Source: Conexivisphaerales archaeon (GTDB lineage Archaea; Thermoproteota; Nitrososphaeria; Conexivisphaerales; DTJL01). Taken from it: a stretch of DNA of 64,000 nucleotides. The DNA lies in the NCBI GenBank assembly GCA_049509455.1, contig JBEKZX010000002.1, positions 26,485 to 90,484 of the forward strand, read 5' to 3'. This document shows, piece by piece, positions 35,414 to 44,683 of the stretch. The translations under genes and the position numbers were made by a program. A model generated the notes under the pieces. It was not told where the DNA came from and ran no database searches. It saw only the letters and a list, made by a program, of their open reading frames with translations. Numbering within the stretch: position 1 is the stretch's first letter; each line of letters begins with the position of its first letter.

Positions 35414-36067
35414 TCAGCGGGGGCGCCTGTAGCTCCTTCTGTGGGGGCCGCCGTAGCGGCCTTCTCCATGGCCTTGGCGGCGCCTGTCGCTGTACCGTCT
35501 CGGTCTATCGCTAAACTGCGGTTCTTCCTCGAATCCGGCCATCTTGCGGTATTCGATGTTACCGCAGACGGTACACTTGGCCTTTCCTCCGCTGATACCT
35601 TCCATCAGACCGCCGCAGAGTGAACACCAGGTCTTCACCACGCCCAGGCCCATATCTCTGAATCCTAGGAATATCATGCTGTTTGCATTACTCGTAACTG
35701 CCGCACGCACGATGTCTCCCGGTTTGCTCGGGCTCGAAGCCCTAGTTCTCGTGAGCAGCATCCCCATCAGATTATTGTTCACCTCCATATCGTTCACCGC
35801 ATAGATCCTAATTTGGAGGCCGGCACCTTGCTGAACCTCGACGACACCCATGACGATGTCGCCTCTAGTCGGGATGGGGCTCTTCATCCCCTTACCTACA
35901 ACGCTCACTTCACGCCTAGCGCGGTCATATTCGACTTTCCCCGAGACAAGCGACCTGATTTCGCCTTCCTTTTCATAGGCACCCTTGGATGCGGCGAACT
36001 CCTCTATGACGGACAGCCTGTCTCCAGGGGCGGCTTTGTCCGGTCGGACCTTCTTTATGGTTGCCAA
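35414..36067 (-). CDS. csl4: Exosome complex RNA-binding protein Csl4
   Basis: PGDRL...EEF, S1 domain (GDIVRAAV), C-terminal CSLCG...CTVCGNIEYRK. Confidence 0.88.
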   Translation of the reverse strand: MATIKKVRPDKAAPGDRLSVIEEFAASKGAYEKEGEIRSLVSGKVEYDRARREVSVVGKGMKSPIPTRGDIVMGVVEVQQGAGLQIRIYAVNDMEVNNNLMGMLLTRTRASSPSKPGDIVRAAVTSNANSMIFLGFRDMGLGVVKTWCSLCGGLMEGISGGKAKCTVCGNIEYRKMAGFEEEPQFSDRPRRYSDRRRQGHGEGRYGGPHRRSYRRPR

Positions 36068-36073
36068 GTCACA

Positions 36074-37081
36074 TTACACCCAAAACCCTGAACTGAACAT
36101 ATCCCCCAGCTCTTTCCCTTCTAATAACCTTATCAAACCTAGTGCCTGTTCGTATGAGAGCATTAGCCGGTCGAAGTCCTCGTTATCCAGAGCCACCCTT
36201 GGGCACGCCGTTTCCACGAAAGCATCTATGTCGCGAATAGCAGCTATCCTTTGCGGAGTGATTTCACGCAGGTGAAAGAGGTAAGCCTTCTTCCCCAGCC
36301 CGGTTAGCCTCTCCTTGATTTCATCAGCCTGTTTTCTGAAGAGCTGCCCCTCTTTCATGCTCACCACGATTCCAATCTTTCGAGCATCTTTGGCCTTGAG
36401 AACCGACAATATGGCCTTCCTTTCGACGTGGTCAGCCTCTTTGGACATGTCCTCGACGAGGTTGAAGAATGGATCCAACATAAAGGTAGGCTTGCGTGCG
36501 TTCAGGCAGACCCCTATGGCGTGGAACCTGCTCTGTCCTAAGAAGAAGAAAGCATCAACGTCTTCTTTGATGCTCCTGACGCTGTAGTAATTGCAGCCGA
36601 AGACCTGGCCGTCGAAGAGCATGCCTTCGCTCCTTCCTTTCACTGCAGCCAGCCCTCTCTCATTCAGATAGCTGACAGCGGCATCTAGCTGCGACTTGTG
36701 ATTGCTGATCGTCACGACGCCGACCCGTGCGAACTTCCCTTTGAGCTGTTTCAAGGCTAGGTCCAAAACAGGCCCAAAATCGACATCATACTCGACATCG
36801 ATAAGGTAGGTGTACTTGCCCATCTTGTCGACGCCCACAGTGTGGCCCAAATTCAGGATTATGTCCAGACCCAGGCGTTCGGCATCGAAGTTCAGCGTGT
36901 CGCACGTACCGTAGCTCGGGTCTAAGAGTATCATCGTTTCCACACCATGCTTCTGTTCTAACCTTTCGGCGAGCTCGAGCACAGAATTCAGGAGTCCGTC
37001 CGGCGCCTGAATCCCAACCTTCCTAGGTCTTTGCTCGACCAATATTCTTGATATCTGGTCCTCACGTATCGATATGCCCAC
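36074..37081 (-). CDS. dph2: Diphthamide biosynthesis enzyme Dph2
   Basis: IQAPDGL, YGTCD, NLGH, GQVFGCN, TACPRV; start refined to the GTG at 37081, after the rpl10e stop. Confidence 0.92.
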   Translation of the reverse strand: MGISIREDQISRILVEQRPRKVGIQAPDGLLNSVLELAERLEQKHGVETMILLDPSYGTCDTLNFDAERLGLDIILNLGHTVGVDKMGKYTYLIDVEYDVDFGPVLDLALKQLKGKFARVGVVTISNHKSQLDAAVSYLNERGLAAVKGRSEGMLFDGQVFGCNYYSVRSIKEDVDAFFFLGQSRFHAIGVCLNARKPTFMLDPFFNLVEDMSKEADHVERKAILSVLKAKDARKIGIVVSMKEGQLFRKQADEIKERLTGLGKKAYLFHLREITPQRIAAIRDIDAFVETACPRVALDNEDFDRLMLSYEQALGLIRLLEGKELGDMFSSGFWV

Positions 37082-37082
37082 G

Positions 37083-37607
37083 TCAAGCACCAGACGCGGC
37101 GGCTGGCGATTCAATAATCTCCAGCCGGGTCTTGACAGGCAGTTTACTGGAAGCCACCTTGAGGGCATCCTTTGCCTGCTGGACATTCTTCCCCCTTATG
37201 CCCAGCTCTAGCAAGACGGTGCCATCTTCCACCCTCGCGGCGAGACCTACGGGCTTGCCGAAGGCACGTCTCATTCCCTCAGACAACCTATCTGCACCAG
37301 CCGTGGCCACTACTTTATTCTCACGCAAGATGATGTGTGGAAAGGCCTTGACTGAGAGGTAGTAGTTCCCCTCTCCGAGGGGCGTAGCGAGCTTGTTCAC
37401 GGACACTCTGGCCGCTTCAAGGGCATTATGCCTTATCTGAGCCTTCTCGCATGATATGAGCTTGAACACATAATCATATCTTTCACTCGGATTGCCTATC
37501 GTAAACTTGGCAATCTTAGGCTGAGGGTGGCCCTTGATATACTCGGTTCTCGTGTAGGGTTGTCCCTTCACCTCTCGATAGTTACGTCCTTTCAACTTAG
37601 TCAACAC
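37083..37607 (-). CDS. rpl10e: 50S ribosomal protein L10e (uL16)
   Basis: YTRTEYI, ALEAARV, LRENK...GADRLSEGMRRAFGKP; start may be the TTG at 37595. Confidence 0.97.
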   Translation of the reverse strand: MLTKLKGRNYREVKGQPYTRTEYIKGHPQPKIAKFTIGNPSERYDYVFKLISCEKAQIRHNALEAARVSVNKLATPLGEGNYYLSVKAFPHIILRENKVVATAGADRLSEGMRRAFGKPVGLAARVEDGTVLLELGIRGKNVQQAKDALKVASSKLPVKTRLEIIESPAAASGA

Positions 37608-37643
37608 CGTAGGTTTGAGGCGGCTTTAAAAGTATATTGGTCG

Positions 37644-38375
37644 TTAGAATCGTCTCTCCAGCGCCAGGTTCACCTTACGAAACACCCCCATCAGCGCTAT
37701 AATCTCATCCTGCTGCGCCCCCGACTGAATCATGGCGTTGCCAAGTATCTTTATGGCCATCCGTCTCCTGTGCTCGGGGTATCTGCTTACGCCCAACATC
37801 TCTGAGAAGTACTTCAGCATTCTATCCATGTAAACTCGATCTACTCGGCGAGCCTCCGCAGATTCGGTCGAGCTCAGTTTGTAAAGCATTATGGCCAACG
37901 CATGCGAGATGTTCAACGTCGGGTAGGAAGTCCCCGTATGCACATGCACCACAATGTCGCATGCGTTCAGCTCGGTAGCGGTCAGCCCCGTCGTGTCTCT
38001 CCCGAGGACAATCACCATATCGGCCGGGTCGACCCTCAGTGTAGCCAGAGCGTCGAGCGAAACGGTCTTCCTCACCGGGTTCCTTCCTCTGCTTCCCGTG
38101 ATGGCCGTGGTACCCACAACGACGTCGAACTTCTTCCTCAATTCGCGCAGGCTCACATACTCTGCACCCTTCACTATGTCTGCGCCATGCGATGCAAAAC
38201 GTATGGCTGAGCGAGGCACGTCGTCTTTCCCTACAATGAAGAGATGGCTCACGCCGAAGTTCTTCATCGTCCTGGCAACATAACCGATGTTCAGGCCGAA
38301 CCTCGGTTCAACCATGGCCACGCTAAGCCGCTCTAGATGCATGCCCGTTCCGGGAGGAACATTAAAAACAGGCAT
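37644..38375 (-). CDS. SPOUT RNA methyltransferase, TrmJ/TrmH family
   Basis: VEPRFGLNIGYVARTMKNFG, LGRDTTGLT, YPTLNISHA. Confidence 0.88.
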   Translation of the reverse strand: MPVFNVPPGTGMHLERLSVAMVEPRFGLNIGYVARTMKNFGVSHLFIVGKDDVPRSAIRFASHGADIVKGAEYVSLRELRKKFDVVVGTTAITGSRGRNPVRKTVSLDALATLRVDPADMVIVLGRDTTGLTATELNACDIVVHVHTGTSYPTLNISHALAIMLYKLSSTESAEARRVDRVYMDRMLKYFSEMLGVSRYPEHRRRMAIKILGNAMIQSGAQQDEIIALMGVFRKVNLALERRF

Positions 38376-38382
38376 TTAACGA

Positions 38383-39498
38383 TTGGTCCAACCAAGTCGA
38401 CAGTTGCCCACCAACATCACAGCGGAGGCCAGAGCCCGCTGGGCCAAGGCTCGCGCCACAAAAGATCCCAAGGAGAAAGCGAAGCTGCTTCGGGAGTTCT
38501 ATTCTCTGATGCCTCATCATAAATCGACGGAGAGGTTGGAGGTGTCCATCAAGAAGCAGATTTCAAACCTCGAGGACGAGATCGAGTCGGCAAAGTCGAG
38601 AAAGACTGGCAGCACGCGCGTCGAATGGCAGGTGGAGAAGGGCATCTTTCCACAGCTAGCCCTCAGTGGACCCTTCGAACGTGCCGCGCATCTCTTCAAA
38701 GAGCTCACCGGGCTGACGGCTTCGCTATTCGAAGTCCATAAAGGTCCCGTGGTGGGCGTATATCGTCTAGGTGGGCTCACACTGCAAGTCATGCTAACTC
38801 CCTACGATCAAGCTATTGGAAGGCAGGTGCGAGAGAGGATGCTCTATCTGATCAGGACCTCTGACCTTCTCCTAATCGACCTCCCTCCGAAATCATGGGA
38901 AGAGTATTGGGCTGAATTCAGCCAATGGACTCTGGAACACAACCTCGAAGTTTCTCCGAAACAGGCGGCTGTGGAGCTCAGGAACATGCCCACCGGCGGC
39001 ATCCGGCTCGTCGGCAGGTCCGGCTCGTTCAGCGAGGCCGAAATAATCTCGTTCCTTCAAAGCTATAACATCCTGAACTGTATCGTCAAGATATCGCAAG
39101 ATGCCACCTTGGACGACGTGGAGGCAGTGATCTTCGGCAGGGCCTTCAAGAAGTGCGCTTTTCTGACCCCGGCGGGGGTTCCAGCCGTCGGGGGGGTGTC
39201 GTCAGGATCTTTCAGCCTTGATGGCGTATTCACTTCACCTCAGAAGTTCGTAGATATGTTGCTGGCCAACATGGAGCTGATCCGAATCAATACGCGGTCG
39301 GCGAGCGGAACCATAGCCCAGAGGCCCCTTCTGGTCAGGCGTAACTGCAAGGTCATAGAAGTGGCTAGAGACATCCACAAGGACCTCTGGCGAAACTTCA
39401 AATACGCCAAAGTCTGGCATGGTGCAGGCAGACCACCCATCAGGGTCGGCAAGGACTTCAAAATCGCTAACGGTGACATCATAGAGATTTTTGACTGA
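38383..39498 (+). CDS. DRG/Obg-family GTPase homolog with TGS domain; G1-G3 motifs degenerate
   Basis: PTN...WA..., PHHKSTE N-terminus and C-terminal TGS (IHKDL...FKYAKVW...RVGKDF...GDIIEI); no GxxxxGK(S/T); likely start is the TTG at 38404. Confidence 0.85.
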   Translation: MVQPSRQLPTNITAEARARWAKARATKDPKEKAKLLREFYSLMPHHKSTERLEVSIKKQISNLEDEIESAKSRKTGSTRVEWQVEKGIFPQLALSGPFERAAHLFKELTGLTASLFEVHKGPVVGVYRLGGLTLQVMLTPYDQAIGRQVRERMLYLIRTSDLLLIDLPPKSWEEYWAEFSQWTLEHNLEVSPKQAAVELRNMPTGGIRLVGRSGSFSEAEIISFLQSYNILNCIVKISQDATLDDVEAVIFGRAFKKCAFLTPAGVPAVGGVSSGSFSLDGVFTSPQKFVDMLLANMELIRINTRSASGTIAQRPLLVRRNCKVIEVARDIHKDLWRNFKYAKVWHGAGRPPIRVGKDFKIANGDIIEIFD

Positions 39499-40042
39499 CC
39501 AACTCTTTAGTCACCTTGAACGCGTAAAGCTCCTCGAAAAACAACTTCAACGAAACCAGTTGCACCGCATTCTTCCCTTCCCGGCGTAGCTTCTGCAAGA
39601 GAGATTCAAGATTGGATAGGTTGGAAGCAAGGAACACCATGCAACCGTGATCGACCAAAGCCTCATAGGAGCTGCAAGCCATCTCGTAGGTTCTTTCGAA
39701 GCCTTCCCTTCCACCCGACGTTGCCAAATCTTCAGCGTCCTCGTCTCTAAGATAAGGTGGGTTGAAGAAGACCATCTGGAAGGAGCCCTCCCTGAATGGG
39801 TCACAGGAGAGGCAAAGCACATGGTCGATTATCTCACGGCCGTTCCTGTCACGAGCTATCTTCAGGGCTTCTATGTCCAGGTCGGTGCCTACGGCAATGT
39901 CAGGCGAGTTGGCCTTGACATATTCATGAATTACGAAGCCGGATCCGATTCCGACTTCAGCCACCTTTGCCGCACGGATTCGTTCCACCACCTTTAAGAG
40001 GAAAAAGCTGTCTTCGCTTGGCTGGTAGACCCGGCTCAACAC
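39479..40042 (-). CDS. HemK2/PrmC-like SAM-dependent methyltransferase (release factor Gln methylase)
   Basis: VYQPSEDSF, EVGIGSG, FNPPYL, GGREG. Confidence 0.88.
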   Translation of the reverse strand: MLSRVYQPSEDSFFLLKVVERIRAAKVAEVGIGSGFVIHEYVKANSPDIAVGTDLDIEALKIARDRNGREIIDHVLCLSCDPFREGSFQMVFFNPPYLRDEDAEDLATSGGREGFERTYEMACSSYEALVDHGCMVFLASNLSNLESLLQKLRREGKNAVQLVSLKLFFEELYAFKVTKELVSQKSL

Positions 40043-40779
40043 TGCTTCATCCTCTGGATTACGCTCATGGCTTCTGCAGGCGCAAGTTCCTCTACTCTCT
40101 TGCGTAGCAACGATCCTTCTGTTTGACCGCAGTCTCCCCAGAGTCCTCTCTTCTTCATATCTCGCACAAATGAAGCCGCCAATCTTCCTCTGTAGCTGAA
40201 TAACGCCTTTAGCTTCACAGCAGTCGACTTGGCTTCCGGGACGCTTCTCAGCCTCTCCATTCGCAAGGCAGAAGAGAAGACCCGTGGTCTGGGTTCGAAA
40301 TCATGGGGCGGGATGATGAACATCTCTTCCATGGCGAAGCAACATGAAGCCAAGACAGAATAGGCACCATACTTGCGGCTTCCGACATCAGAGACAAGCT
40401 TGTCGGCGAAGTCCTTCTGCAGCACTACTATGCCTAACGGCGTTGACGACGAAGAGAACCATTCCACGAACCTCCTCGAAGCATAATAGGGGAGACTCGA
40501 AACGAGTGCATCATACGTTTCCTCATCTTCGAATCCATCGCCCATCATCAACCGGAGGTTCTCTGCGTCGCCCAGCCTCCTCTTCGTAATGTCATAGAGC
40601 CCACTGTCCAGCTCGTAGCTGGTTACAAGATGTCCGGCTTCTACCAGTAGTCTCGTCAGCCTTCCGTCTCCGGCTCCTATTTCGATGATTCTCTTCGGCG
40701 GGAGATGTACTTGCTCAACCAGCCTTCGTAGGGTTTCATCATTCTTCAGAAAGTGCTGACCAAGCCTGGCCGACTTCAT
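40036..40779 (-). CDS. rsmA: 16S rRNA adenine dimethyltransferase
   Basis: LGQHFL, EIGAGDG, SSLPY, YGAYSV, FEPRP. Confidence 0.9.
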   Translation of the reverse strand: MKSARLGQHFLKNDETLRRLVEQVHLPPKRIIEIGAGDGRLTRLLVEAGHLVTSYELDSGLYDITKRRLGDAENLRLMMGDGFEDEETYDALVSSLPYYASRRFVEWFSSSSTPLGIVVLQKDFADKLVSDVGSRKYGAYSVLASCCFAMEEMFIIPPHDFEPRPRVFSSALRMERLRSVPEAKSTAVKLKALFSYRGRLAASFVRDMKKRGLWGDCGQTEGSLLRKRVEELAPAEAMSVIQRMKQC

Positions 40780-40782
40780 GAC

Positions 40783-41346
40783 CTATTTCCTGATGAATAT
40801 GTTGATGCGTGTCTCGCCTGTGAGTTCTTCGTAGACCCTCTTGGCCATCTGTCTTGCAGGCTCCTTCAGTCCAACTCTGGCCTGGATGTCCGCAAACGAG
40901 TCGAACGGTTTTCGCTCTCGGGCATCAAGTATCTCCACGGTCAAAGTCTTTCCGATCCCTGGGATGAGCTCCAGAGCGTGCAGCCTAGGTGTAATCGGCT
41001 GTAAGTTGTTGAAGTAGCTGACATACTTCTGCTCTCCATTCTTGATGAGTGTCTCTATGACCGTGGGCAGCTCGCTCTTAGCACTTTGAGTCAGATCTTC
41101 ATAATTGAGCTTACCTAAAACACTGATGACCTTGTCACGATGGTCCTTCCCTATGTATACCCTTTCCTCTTGAGCGAACTGGGCGTTGTTAAAGGCCAGT
41201 AGCTCGAGAATGGTAAGGTATTCTTCGCCAAGCGCCTGGACTATGAAGCCCTCTCTGTTGTGGACGATCTTGGACCGGGCCCTGGGCATGAAGTCGAGGA
41301 CATAAGAAAACTCCTCGTACTTCTTGATTTGAGGTTGAAAGGTCAT
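40783..41346 (-). CDS. DUF655 family putative nucleic-acid-binding protein
   Basis: YVLDF, QALGE...LLEL, RLHALELIPGIGK (HhH); typical rpl21e-rpoF-DUF655-rsmA order. Confidence 0.9.
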   Translation of the reverse strand: MTFQPQIKKYEEFSYVLDFMPRARSKIVHNREGFIVQALGEEYLTILELLAFNNAQFAQEERVYIGKDHRDKVISVLGKLNYEDLTQSAKSELPTVIETLIKNGEQKYVSYFNNLQPITPRLHALELIPGIGKTLTVEILDARERKPFDSFADIQARVGLKEPARQMAKRVYEELTGETRINIFIRK

Positions 41347-41482
41347 CTTAGCGACTCACACATCTCTCGTTCTAAAACACGATACGGAGGCCTATCCAAG
41401 AACTCGGGTTTTCAACCTTAGGAGCCCTCATTGGATCCACTTCGCGAGGCATTAAGAAAACATCTGAACTAAGATTTAAAGA

Positions 41483-41830
41483 TTAAGACGAGGTCTTGGG
41501 CCTTTTGGAATTCAAAATACTCAAGATCTTGTCCAACACATCAGTAGCTACCAACTTCCTCCATCCCACAGTGAACGTACGGAGCTCTTCTCGTGTCTTG
41601 GGCATGATGTTCACGACTTCAACGGCTTCTTGCTCCGTCAAGCCAGTTTCTTTCATCAGCTCCTTAACCATCGCTCTGGAGTCATCACCGTCTATATTCG
41701 AGAACTTGGTGACGTAATCTAGAGTCCTCTTCTGAATCTGGTCTGCCTTCTCCGCATCCACCTTCTCCAGAAGCTTCTTGGCTTCATGAATCGTGAGAGG
41801 CTTCCGCTCTAGCTCTTCGACCAAACCCAA
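41483..41830 (-). CDS. rpoF: RNA polymerase subunit Rpo4 (RpoF)
   Basis: RTLDYVTKF, AVEVVNIMPKTREELR; conserved gene order. Confidence 0.9.
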   Translation of the reverse strand: MGLVEELERKPLTIHEAKKLLEKVDAEKADQIQKRTLDYVTKFSNIDGDDSRAMVKELMKETGLTEQEAVEVVNIMPKTREELRTFTVGWRKLVATDVLDKILSILNSKRPKTSS

Positions 41831-42109
41831 TCACCCAATCGGTTTGATGTGCTCGAAACGAGCTATAATCCTTTTGGTCTTGTTTCCCACGGGCACGTCG
41901 ATTACGAGCGCTCGTAGCCTGACTTCCTTAACGATGCCCACCAAACCTTGAAACCTACGATGTGGCATCCCCTTTTCCTGGCTCGGCTCGATGTCTATGG
42001 CGACCTTCTGGCCTACGTCATAATCAGTCATGAGTCTTGAAAGCCCCGGTTTGGATCTCGAGGTCAGAACACTTCTGGTCTTTCGTCTGAACCCTCTGTG
42101 ATGAGGCAT
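41831..42109 (-). CDS. rpl21e: 50S ribosomal protein L21e
   Basis: GFRRKTR, IEPSQEKGMPHRRFQGLVG, EHIKP. Confidence 0.97.
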   Translation of the reverse strand: MPHHRGFRRKTRSVLTSRSKPGLSRLMTDYDVGQKVAIDIEPSQEKGMPHRRFQGLVGIVKEVRLRALVIDVPVGNKTKRIIARFEHIKPIG

Positions 42110-42157
42110 TATATTCTCACGATCGCTTGCTTACAGCAAGCCTTCATTCCCCCATAA

Positions 42158-43351
42158 TTAATGTTTTTCCTCAGTAGCCGCCTTATGAAAGCCTAGCACG
42201 CAGCTTTCAATGGCTAGGACCCTTTTGCCCGGCAGCAGGTCGGCGAAGCTCGGCTGAATCCTGTCCTGATCACGTTGCGAATCCGCTTTGAGAGCCAAGA
42301 GCTCTCTCAGGCTCACTCCGTTATCCAACACGAACCGCATCTCCGCCTTCCTCCCTGAAACGGCAGCTTCTAGTGTGTACACTTTTCTCCTCCTCCCCTT
42401 CCTGTCGCCCAAGAACAGCAAATCCCTATCCTTGTATGCTTGCTGCAGCAACTCGACGTCGGCAGCCATCAATTCGCTTTCAAAATCCGCCGTAACCGAG
42501 ACTTCTTTCACTAGATTCTCTATCTTCTCCCTGTCGAGGGGTTCAATCTCTGCTCTAGTCAGTTGCACACCTCTAGTTGGGGCCATGTCGAGATTCATCA
42601 ATCCTGAAATCCTCTTGGCCGGCGCCACCACTTCGACATACGTCGGCCTTCCACTCCCCACCAACAAAGAAGATTCGTCCTCTATCCCCGACCAGCTGAC
42701 TCTGACCTTCCTCCCCATGAATGCGGTCAGGAGAGCCCTAGTCAATTCCGCTTCCACGCTTTCGTCCCCTTTTTCGATCCCCATTCCACCACAGGCCTTG
42801 CAACCTTCTCCTCTACAATCAGGGCAAGAGATGGCTCTTGTGGAGATGCCTCTGGCCAGCTTCAGGTATTCGACGTAGACGGTGACCGGTTTGCTTTCAA
42901 GCTGAATCGTCTGTTCGGGGAGGCCGATTCTGATTGTCATGTCTGGGCTACGCAAGGCCGGCTTCTTGTGCAGCCGCTTGGCGAGCTCAAGCCTGAACAT
43001 GGTCGTGAGGCCTTTCTTCAGGCTTATCCCACTGCTCAGTTTCAGCCTTGATCGCATTTCGTCCTCCTTCTCAATCGAATCGTCGGATAGGGTTACACCC
43101 ACTTGGAAGGTCCCGAACTCGAACCCATGCAGCTCGCGGAGGACCCGATCTACTATGTCGATTCTATTTTCGAACGCGTTTCCACAAAGCTCGCAATTTC
43201 GTGATAACCTTAGGCCCAATTTCTCGGCTGTCCGTTTCCCCGTACTTTCAATCGCTTCGGGTGAGGAAGTGTACTGCCTCCCGAGGCACCAAGCACAAAT
43301 TCCTGTTTCGCGCAGAACTCTGCGGCCCTTTCCGGCGACCTTTGCATTCAT
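42158..43351 (-). CDS. pus10: tRNA pseudouridine(54/55) synthase Pus10, divergent
   Basis: N-terminal CxxCLGR, THUMP-like domain, GIED...GSGRP, and C-terminal QPSFADLL; position between srp54 and rpl21e. Confidence 0.82.
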   Translation of the reverse strand: MNAKVAGKGRRVLRETGICAWCLGRQYTSSPEAIESTGKRTAEKLGLRLSRNCELCGNAFENRIDIVDRVLRELHGFEFGTFQVGVTLSDDSIEKEDEMRSRLKLSSGISLKKGLTTMFRLELAKRLHKKPALRSPDMTIRIGLPEQTIQLESKPVTVYVEYLKLARGISTRAISCPDCRGEGCKACGGMGIEKGDESVEAELTRALLTAFMGRKVRVSWSGIEDESSLLVGSGRPTYVEVVAPAKRISGLMNLDMAPTRGVQLTRAEIEPLDREKIENLVKEVSVTADFESELMAADVELLQQAYKDRDLLFLGDRKGRRRKVYTLEAAVSGRKAEMRFVLDNGVSLRELLALKADSQRDQDRIQPSFADLLPGKRVLAIESCVLGFHKAATEEKH

Positions 43352-44683
43352 CTAGGCTAGGCCGCTCCCCTTGAGTTGCCTCATGAGCTGCTTGTTCATC
43401 CGCATGCTCTTGGCGCTCTTCATGAGCTTCTTACCTTGTTCAAAAGCCGTCATCATCTCTTTGACGTCCTTCTCCGATACGCCCGATCCTCGGGCTATCC
43501 TCCTAATCCTAGACGAGTTGATGAGGCTGGGATCCTTACGCTCCTGTGGCGTCATTCCCCTGATGACGGCCTTCCATTTCTTGAACCTCTGTTCCATCTG
43601 TTCAGCAGCGCCCTCCTCTAACTTGGGCAGGCCAGGCAACATCTCCATAATCTTCTGGAGGGGGCCCAGCTTGTTCAACTGCTCCATCTGGGCATAGAAG
43701 TCCTCTAAGGTCATCTTCCCCGAAGTAATCCTCTTCGCCGTCAATTCGTCTACTTCGGTGCCAGCCATCTTCACCTTTTCGAGGAGGCCGTGTAGGTCTC
43801 CCATGCCGAGCATCCTGCCGGCGAACCGGCTAGGAGAAAACTCCTCTAAATCGTCCACCCTTTCTCCGGCAGAAACGAAGACTATCTTTGCCCCGGTGGC
43901 AGCCGCCGCAGCCAGTGCACCTCCTCCTTTCGCAGTGCCGTCGAGCTTGGTTACTATGATTCCGCCCACCTTCGTGGTGGAGTTGAATGCCGCTGCTTGA
44001 GCGTAGGCTTGCTGACCAATGGTTCCATCGATCACCAGCAGAGCGATGTTGGGCCTCAGGCTGTTTTCGATCCTCTTCATCTCATCCAAAAGCGACTTCT
44101 CTTCCTTATGTCTGCCCGCTGTGTCAACGATTATGAGTTGGTGGCCTTCGGCCATGAAATGTTTCTTTCCATCAATGGCAATATCCTCCGGCTCCCCCTT
44201 TTCCTCCCAGAACACTTCGGTCTGCGTCCTTTCGCCTAGCGTCTTCAGTTGGTCATATGCCCCTGCGCGGAACGTGTCAGCGCAGACGAGCCCCACCTTG
44301 AAACCTCTTCGAGTGAAATATCTAGCAAGCTTCCCTGCGGCCGTCGTCTTCCCTGATCCTTGGATTCCCACCAAGAGTATTGTATAGGCCTCGGTCGGAA
44401 GGGGGTTGAGCTTCGTTTCTGTCCCCATGATTTTCGTTAGCTCGTCGAACAGGATGGAAAGCGCTTGCTCCTTCAATGAAATACCTGGTTTGGTCTTCTC
44501 GGCCAGAAGACGGTCCTCGACCCTCTTACTCAGGTCGAAGACGACTTTAACGTTGACGTCTGCCTGTATCAAAGCCCTCTGGATGTCCTTGATGAACTCT
44601 TTGATGGCCGCCTCGTCTACCACGTCGGCGTCAAATAGCCGCTTTATTGCCGACTGTAGGCTTTCCCTAATCTTCTCAAACAT
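43352..44683 (-). CDS. srp54: Signal recognition particle protein SRP54
   Basis: GIQGSGKTT, DTFR, DTAGRH, TKLDGTAKGGG, M domain (RRIARGSG). Confidence 0.97.
   Translation of the reverse strand: MFEKIRESLQSAIKRLFDADVVDEAAIKEFIKDIQRALIQADVNVKVVFDLSKRVEDRLLAEKTKPGISLKEQALSILFDELTKIMGTETKLNPLPTEAYTILLVGIQGSGKTTAAGKLARYFTRRGFKVGLVCADTFRAGAYDQLKTLGERTQTEVFWEEKGEPEDIAIDGKKHFMAEGHQLIIVDTAGRHKEEKSLLDEMKRIENSLRPNIALLVIDGTIGQQAYAQAAAFNSTTKVGGIIVTKLDGTAKGGGALAAAAATGAKIVFVSAGERVDDLEEFSPSRFAGRMLGMGDLHGLLEKVKMAGTEVDELTAKRITSGKMTLEDFYAQMEQLNKLGPLQKIMEMLPGLPKLEEGAAEQMEQRFKKWKAVIRGMTPQERKDPSLINSSRIRRIARGSGVSEKDVKEMMTAFEQGKKLMKSAKSMRMNKQLMRQLKGSGLA

Noticed and set aside
37082-37186. Extended N-termini in the track (dph2 to 37186, tfs to 35182, elf1 to 15685, phosphoesterase to 29171, DP1 to 20506)
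   Set aside because: They overlap neighbouring genes and are non-homologous; downstream starts fit the families
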